Source of the DNA: Azolla caroliniana
Lineage: Eukaryota; Plantae; Polypodiophyta
Length of the DNA: 64,000 nt
Reading direction: 5' to 3'
NCBI GenBank assembly: GCA_043228905.1
Contig: JBHGNT010000009.1
Location: 18,972,001 to 19,036,000, forward strand
Program-made: the position numbers and the translations under genes
Notes under the pieces: generated by a model
What the model was told of the DNA's origin: nothing
Seen by the model: only the letters and a program-made list of their open reading frames with translations
Databases searched by the model: none
Shown here: piece after piece, positions 59,004 to 64,000 of the stretch
How the letters are laid out: each line of letters begins with the position of its first letter
Position numbering within the stretch: position 1 is the first letter of the stretch

Positions 59004-60489
59004 ACGGGTTCTTTGATGTTACCGATTCGGACCGGAGTCTCCGTAGTTGCGCGTGCCCAGTGTGGCTTTGTGTAGTGAGAATTCGGTATTTCGTCCTCCA
59101 ATTCGGTGTCATTGATTAGAACGGTATTTGCATTCACCCTTGGAGCGTTCTCCTCCGTACTTTGTGTTTTTCTCTTCACGAGATCCACAAGAAGATCGTG
59201 GAACTCCTTCTTCCCTATTTCGAGTAATTCTCGAAGCGAAAAATCTACCCGGCTATCGAGGATTCTCTCCTCGAACACCTTTTTCAAGTCCGTTTGTTGT
59301 TCCAGCTTTCCGAAATCATCTTTTCCTTTCCCTTACCTCTGGAGTTCCAGCTTTCTGGTGTCTTCGATGGACCAGCCGCCTCATCCATGCGCCGTCGCTT
59401 CTCATCTACATACACTTCATGCAATTGGCATAAAGCAAACACACTATTCTTATCGACGGGGCACTCCCATCCCGTAGCTTCCCGGATGCCTTTCGCGGTG
59501 CTTCGGATCTCGTTAGAGTCGGTTTTCTCGGTGTTTTCTAGCACTCCCGATGACTCCCCTTTGCTCCCGATGACTCCCCGACACGTATTCCTGCGGTTGT
59601 CACGTAATTGCTCGTCGTCGCTATTTCCTCCTCTAGGACCTTCTTCATGCCGTCTTTTCGGAAGTTCGGTCGGAGCGGCTTCCGAGAGTCCATCAAATGA
59701 ATCTGATTTCCCTCGTAGTAGATAAGATCCTGTCGTAGCGCTTCCTTGGGCTCGTCGCAATCCCTCCGATCATGTTCGGTGTTATCGCACCATATGCATC
59801 GACGGTCCATATACTTGGAATGGGACGGTCATCCGACTTCTTCACAATCGCGATTTTTAGATTCTCCATCTCCTTCAGCAACTGCTCCACCATAGTTGCA
59901 TCGATTCCCTTCTCAGTCGTAGTTTCCTGAGCCCGCGGTTGATGGTCTTCCGATCCGGATCTCGGTTTCGGAATCGGTTCCGAAACCCTGTTTTCTTCGT
60001 TGGCAAGCCATTGCCCCCTCTTTGTGTATCGCGCGACGATATCCCGCACGCTTTCCCATGTTTCGGTGAGGCCACTCTCAGTATTTGTGTCCTCTAGAAG
60101 CAGTCCAAGATCCTTCCGGTCCCGGACGTTTACGGCTCGTAAGAACATGATAACTTTGTCCGGTGCGAGGATAGCTTGATCTCTCGTAGACAACCTCCCG
60201 AACCGACTTTCAAATGCCAAAAACACATCGAGGACCTTCATCCCCTTGTCCGGCGTTTCTACCCAATCCTCGAATCCTCTCCGCGTTGCCTTGGAGGAGT
60301 CCTCGATAGCAAACGTAGTCTTTAGCGCCTCTTCAAACGCGTCCCACGTCGGATTTTGTTGTCGTAGCCCGTGGATACTTGCTTGAAGCCCGTCGGTAGC
60401 CACCCGGTTGAAGGATGCCACTTGCAGTCCTTCCGAAATCCCGCACGGTAGCATTTCTGCCTTGTAGTCCCGAAGATAGCGTGATACGT
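59004..60489 (-). pseudogene. gag: gag region of element E
   Basis: YLRDYKAEM; RRGFEDWVE; CIWCDNTEHDRRDC; HYTKPHWARATTETPV. Confidence 0.85.
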
Positions 60490-61137
60490 TGTCGTGAAGA
60501 AAACCGTCCACAAGCGGAATCAGTGCACCGGAGCGTAGGAACCGGCTCTTCATGCACGTACGTCTTATGTTGTACATAAGAGAGAATTAGGTACATAGAA
60601 GATCCTAGGTAGGTAGATTCGGTAGGTAGGAAGTTAATGGGAAATGGCTCCTTTCTTGCCTATAAAAGGAGGGAGACGGGGAAGAGGAAGGGGATCGCGG
60701 TTAGAGAGGACGAAGTGTTGTCGGGTTGTCGACCGAAGGCTTCTCTCTCTTCCATACTCCGTAGCTTCTTCCTGTGCAGGTTTTCGGGAGGCTCGTGCTG
60801 CTCTGAGGAATGCCCGAGTGCTTCCGGCAGCACCTCCAACCTACTCCTTTCTTTTTGAGCGTTTACGAACAGGCATCGGCATCTGTTCGCCGGCCTGTTC
60901 GGTTGTAACCGACTTCGTGCTTCTTGTTGTTTGTCCTTGTTAATATATATATACATACATTTGTGTCTCTCTGCGTCGGTGTCCCACTCGCGTCTTTGTG
61001 TCGAAGGGCCGTGTCCTTGTGAATCTACGCCCACACGTAGTGGGTCCCTTCCCTTCTCCTTTGTCTCTTGCTCTTCGGTACAAGACCCCCGAGGCCCAGC
61101 CTCGTTCCACGCATCCGCAAGGAATACCTCGACATCT

Positions 61138-61155
61138 TGGTGAACCCGACGTGAA
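61138..61155 (+). other. PBS complementary to tRNA-Trp (TGGTGAACCCGACGTGAA)
   Basis: 18-nt complement of the recalled plant tRNA-Trp 3' end (..UUCACGUCGGGUUCACCA); 3 nt after the LTR. Confidence 0.85.
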
Positions 61156-61177
61156 GGAGGCGGCAAAAGAGCAGAAG

Positions 61178-62506
61178 ATGAAGGGGTCGGATCTTGTGGA
61201 GGCCATGGCTTCAGCCGTGGATCGGATATTGAGCGCACGCGAGGGCACCGGCGCCCTCGATAGAGCCATTGAGGTGGTCGTCGGTACGATCGGCTGGTTC
61301 AGCGGAAAGGATGCCACGAAGTATTTGGCATCCTACGGGGCAGAAATGCTGATGCGGGACATTCCGGAAGAGAGGCGTCTTGCCGGGTTCCCTCGAATGG
61401 CGATGCCGAGCATCCATGCGGAGGTGCTCGAGGTACGGGCGGAGAGTCGTACCTGGGAGGAGTTCGAAGGCCGACTCCTAGAAAAATATGGGTTGGACGA
61501 CGCGCTCCGGCTTTCGAAACGGGACTTCATGGAATGGGTGGAGTCCCCCGGCAAGGGAAGAAACGCGTCGGCACTCCTCCAGGAGTTTGAGGAACGCTTT
61601 GCGCACCTTTCGGCGCTTGACCGAACCGTTCTGGATACGAGCTGGGTCCTACTGTTCGTCAAGTCGGTGGACGAGCGGGACCGGGATCAAGTCGGCTCCT
61701 TGCTAGAAACCGAAGAAGGGCTGACGACCAAGTGGGTTGCGGTTAAGAGAGTCTGTGGCCGTTTCGACAAACGGCGAGAATGGGCTGACAACGGGGCGGC
61801 CGGTGCGGGCTCTGTCACAGCAAGGAGGCTTGAACCGGCACCGCAAGGGCGAAGGGCAGAGACCCGGGAGTGGCTCGAAACCGGTTCGGCTCCGACCGGC
61901 AAGGTCACTGACTCGTCCGGAGGAGCAGCGCTGGAGGAGTTGACGCGGGCGATAAAGGATCTCCAGATCGCCCAAACTCGAAGGGAAGGCGGCGAACCGG
62001 CTCGTGATCGACGACCGGCAGCAGGGAACAGGTGCATGTGGTGCAACGAGGTCGGCCACATTCGGAAGGACTGCGGCGATTTCGCAGAGGCGTTGAGGAA
62101 CCGGGTGGTGTACCTATGGGAAGGCCGGGTGCACGCCGGCGATACCAGAAGGGCCCTAAACCGGAACGACGGGCGAGGAGGTATGAAGAGACTGATGGAA
62201 GAGGCAGCGGCCCGACACGTGGAGGCCATACACTACTCGGCGTCGGCCGGTATTCGGGTCGGGGGCAGCGAGGCCCGAAAGGAGAGCAAAGACGGATTCT
62301 GGTCGGCAATGCTGGAAGGCCTCGCTGGCGCACGGCTGAGGAAAGATGAAGCGGACCGCGCTGAGAGACGGGTCCGGGAAATAACCGGGTGGAGCGACCC
62401 AGTCGAGGAGAAGACGGGCTTCGTAGAAGCCGCCTGCCGGAACTACGAGGCTCTGGTAGAAGACAAACAAGTGGGGAAAACCGGAGCGGCCAGGCCCTCA
62501 CAATGA
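61178..62506 (+). CDS. gag: Gag of element F (likely start MKGSDL; premature stop before the protease)
   Basis: Part of ORF 60998-62506; CMWCNEVGHIRKDC; homologous to 53094-53813 and 59693-60489. Confidence 0.82.
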   Translation: MKGSDLVEAMASAVDRILSAREGTGALDRAIEVVVGTIGWFSGKDATKYLASYGAEMLMRDIPEERRLAGFPRMAMPSIHAEVLEVRAESRTWEEFEGRLLEKYGLDDALRLSKRDFMEWVESPGKGRNASALLQEFEERFAHLSALDRTVLDTSWVLLFVKSVDERDRDQVGSLLETEEGLTTKWVAVKRVCGRFDKRREWADNGAAGAGSVTARRLEPAPQGRRAETREWLETGSAPTGKVTDSSGGAALEELTRAIKDLQIAQTRREGGEPARDRRPAAGNRCMWCNEVGHIRKDCGDFAEALRNRVVYLWEGRVHAGDTRRALNRNDGRGGMKRLMEEAAARHVEAIHYSASAGIRVGGSEARKESKDGFWSAMLEGLAGARLRKDEADRAERRVREITGWSDPVEEKTGFVEAACRNYEALVEDKQVGKTGAARPSQ

Positions 62507-64000
62507 TACGAGACCCGATTCGGGCAACGACGGAATGAAGCCGGTGGGTCCAGCGCGCAAGATAACCTCAGGAAGGGCGGATACCGACTGGGGACGAAAA
62601 TAGAAAGGACCACGGACCTACGAAAGGTCCTAGAAGAATGGATCCTCGACAGCAAAGTGGAGCTGTCATTACGGGAGGTGCTAGGGATCGCTAATAAGCA
62701 GTTCCACGACTCCATTGTGGACTTGGTGAAGCGGAAGAGGCTGTCGACGGAGACGGAACCGGAAAGACCGGTGGAGGTGCGGACGACGCACATCGACGAC
62801 TTGGCGCTGGAAGATGAGTGGGCGGAGAGCCACTATTCGAGGCCACACTGGGCCTGAGCGACCACGGAGACCCCGGTAAAGATCGGAGGTGTTCAGGAAC
62901 CGGTGGTGGCACTGGTGGACCACGGTTCGGAAATAAACCTGATGTCCATGGACTTCTATAAGAAGGGTGGCCGATCAACACCAAGCACGGGTGGAAGATA
63001 CGGGCGGCGTCGCGCACCACCGAGGAACTGCACGGGGCCTGCCCGAACGTGCGAGTCAAGATCGGTGACGTCAAGATTGACCAGCACTTCTTTGTACAGG
63101 AGACGTCCTCGCACCCGGTCATATTAGGGGAACCATACATCACGGCGGTGTGGATGGAGACCAAGGTGCTAGACAACGGTTCGGCCTACGCGAGGGTCAA
63201 AAGCCAGGACGGGCGCCATTCGGTCCAATTTCTGACGGTGCAACCGAACCACGAGCGAAACCGCGAATCCCTCGGTGGCGAGAACCGGGAGGATTTTTAG
63301 AGAGGGTTGCCAAGGCGTGGGGCCGAGACAGTCCAGACACTCGGGAAAGACCCCACAGCTGTACGATAGAGTCGAAACCGAAGAAACCCTGTACAATAAG
63401 TAAAAAATTTTGCTTCTCCAACAACGGAGGGTGTATGATAGTCGGCATCGTTGGCCGAGAAAGGTCAAGGGCGGAGGAGCGACTTCGAGCGTGCGGAGTT
63501 CTCGGCCCGGACGAGGAAATCAGCGGAGCCGTGGAGGCGGTCTCCTTCGACGACACCTTGGGGATGCTGAGGAAGGTAGCCGGAGAAGACCTTAACGAAG
63601 ACCGGACGATACCGGTATGTTCCGAAGAGATGTACGAAGTCATCGCGAACTTCAGCCAGGGGCTTGGGTCGGATCGGGCGGCGTACGTGACGACCGATGG
63701 GGCGAGCACTCCGGCACTCAACGGCTTCGACGAGAGCAAGTACGACGGCGAGTGGCTACAGATCGGTGGGTTTTTGAGGACAATGACGCCGGATGCGTCA
63801 TGGACGAGGGACGAGGCCAACCGGATCCGGAAGAAAGCATACCGATTCTTTCTCCGAGACGGATACTTATGGAAGCACCCAAAGAAGAGGAACGGCGTCC
63901 CGCTCCGGGTGGTGGCGATGAGGGAAGAACAGGAGGAGCTGCTGACGGCCTACCACGACAGCCCTTGGACTGGACACCGTGGAACGTGGGCCACATTCGA

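Larger units (their letters stand above)
47514..60489 (-). mobile_element. Trp-group gypsy element E (gag, PR, RT, RH, INT, 3' LTR 47514-48389), degraded and split at the protease
   Basis: KEPV|LALFDHGSEINL rejoins across 59004/52379; PPT GGAGGGGGCGAG. Confidence 0.9.
60490..64000 (+). mobile_element. Trp-group gypsy element F (5' LTR 60490-61134, PBS, gag-PR, RT/RH deleted, INT start); runs off the window end
   Basis: LTR and PBS; LVDHGSEINL; jumps to YDGEWLQIG..YHDSPWTGHRGTW. Confidence 0.9.

Overview
Eukaryotic heterochromatin-type DNA, inferred to be plant and probably bryophyte-grade (Tcn1-like chromovirus, tRNA-Trp-primed gypsy elements). It consists almost entirely of nested LTR retrotransposons, with no intact host gene and no CRISPR or rRNA. 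It resolves into: one young intact Ty1/copia (1-5281, minus); four degraded copia elements and a copia solo LTR; a self-priming Tcn1-like chromovirus with heat-shock elements in its LTRs (26235-38923), which hosts a very young tRNA-Met-primed chromovirus (29803-36828); about eight insertions of a tRNA-Trp-primed gypsy group; and two Athila/Tat-like gypsy elements (8138-18064, 41855-45776). Top finding: both Athila/Tat-like elements lack a polypurine tract. Exactly 2 nt before the 3' LTR they instead carry a copy of a tRNA-Arg 3' end (..GGGCGTGCCA), i.e. a second, inverted primer-binding site, suggesting tRNA priming of both DNA strands. Other findings: 4-bp CpG-centred target sites and a conserved GGATTTT frameshift after protease in the Trp group, a U3 module shared by copia and gypsy LTRs, tRNA-like A/B boxes inside LTRs, and a 1.3-kb templated duplication inside a copia 3' LTR. 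Coordinates were read by eye. tRNA and lineage assignments come from recalled sequences, not database searches.
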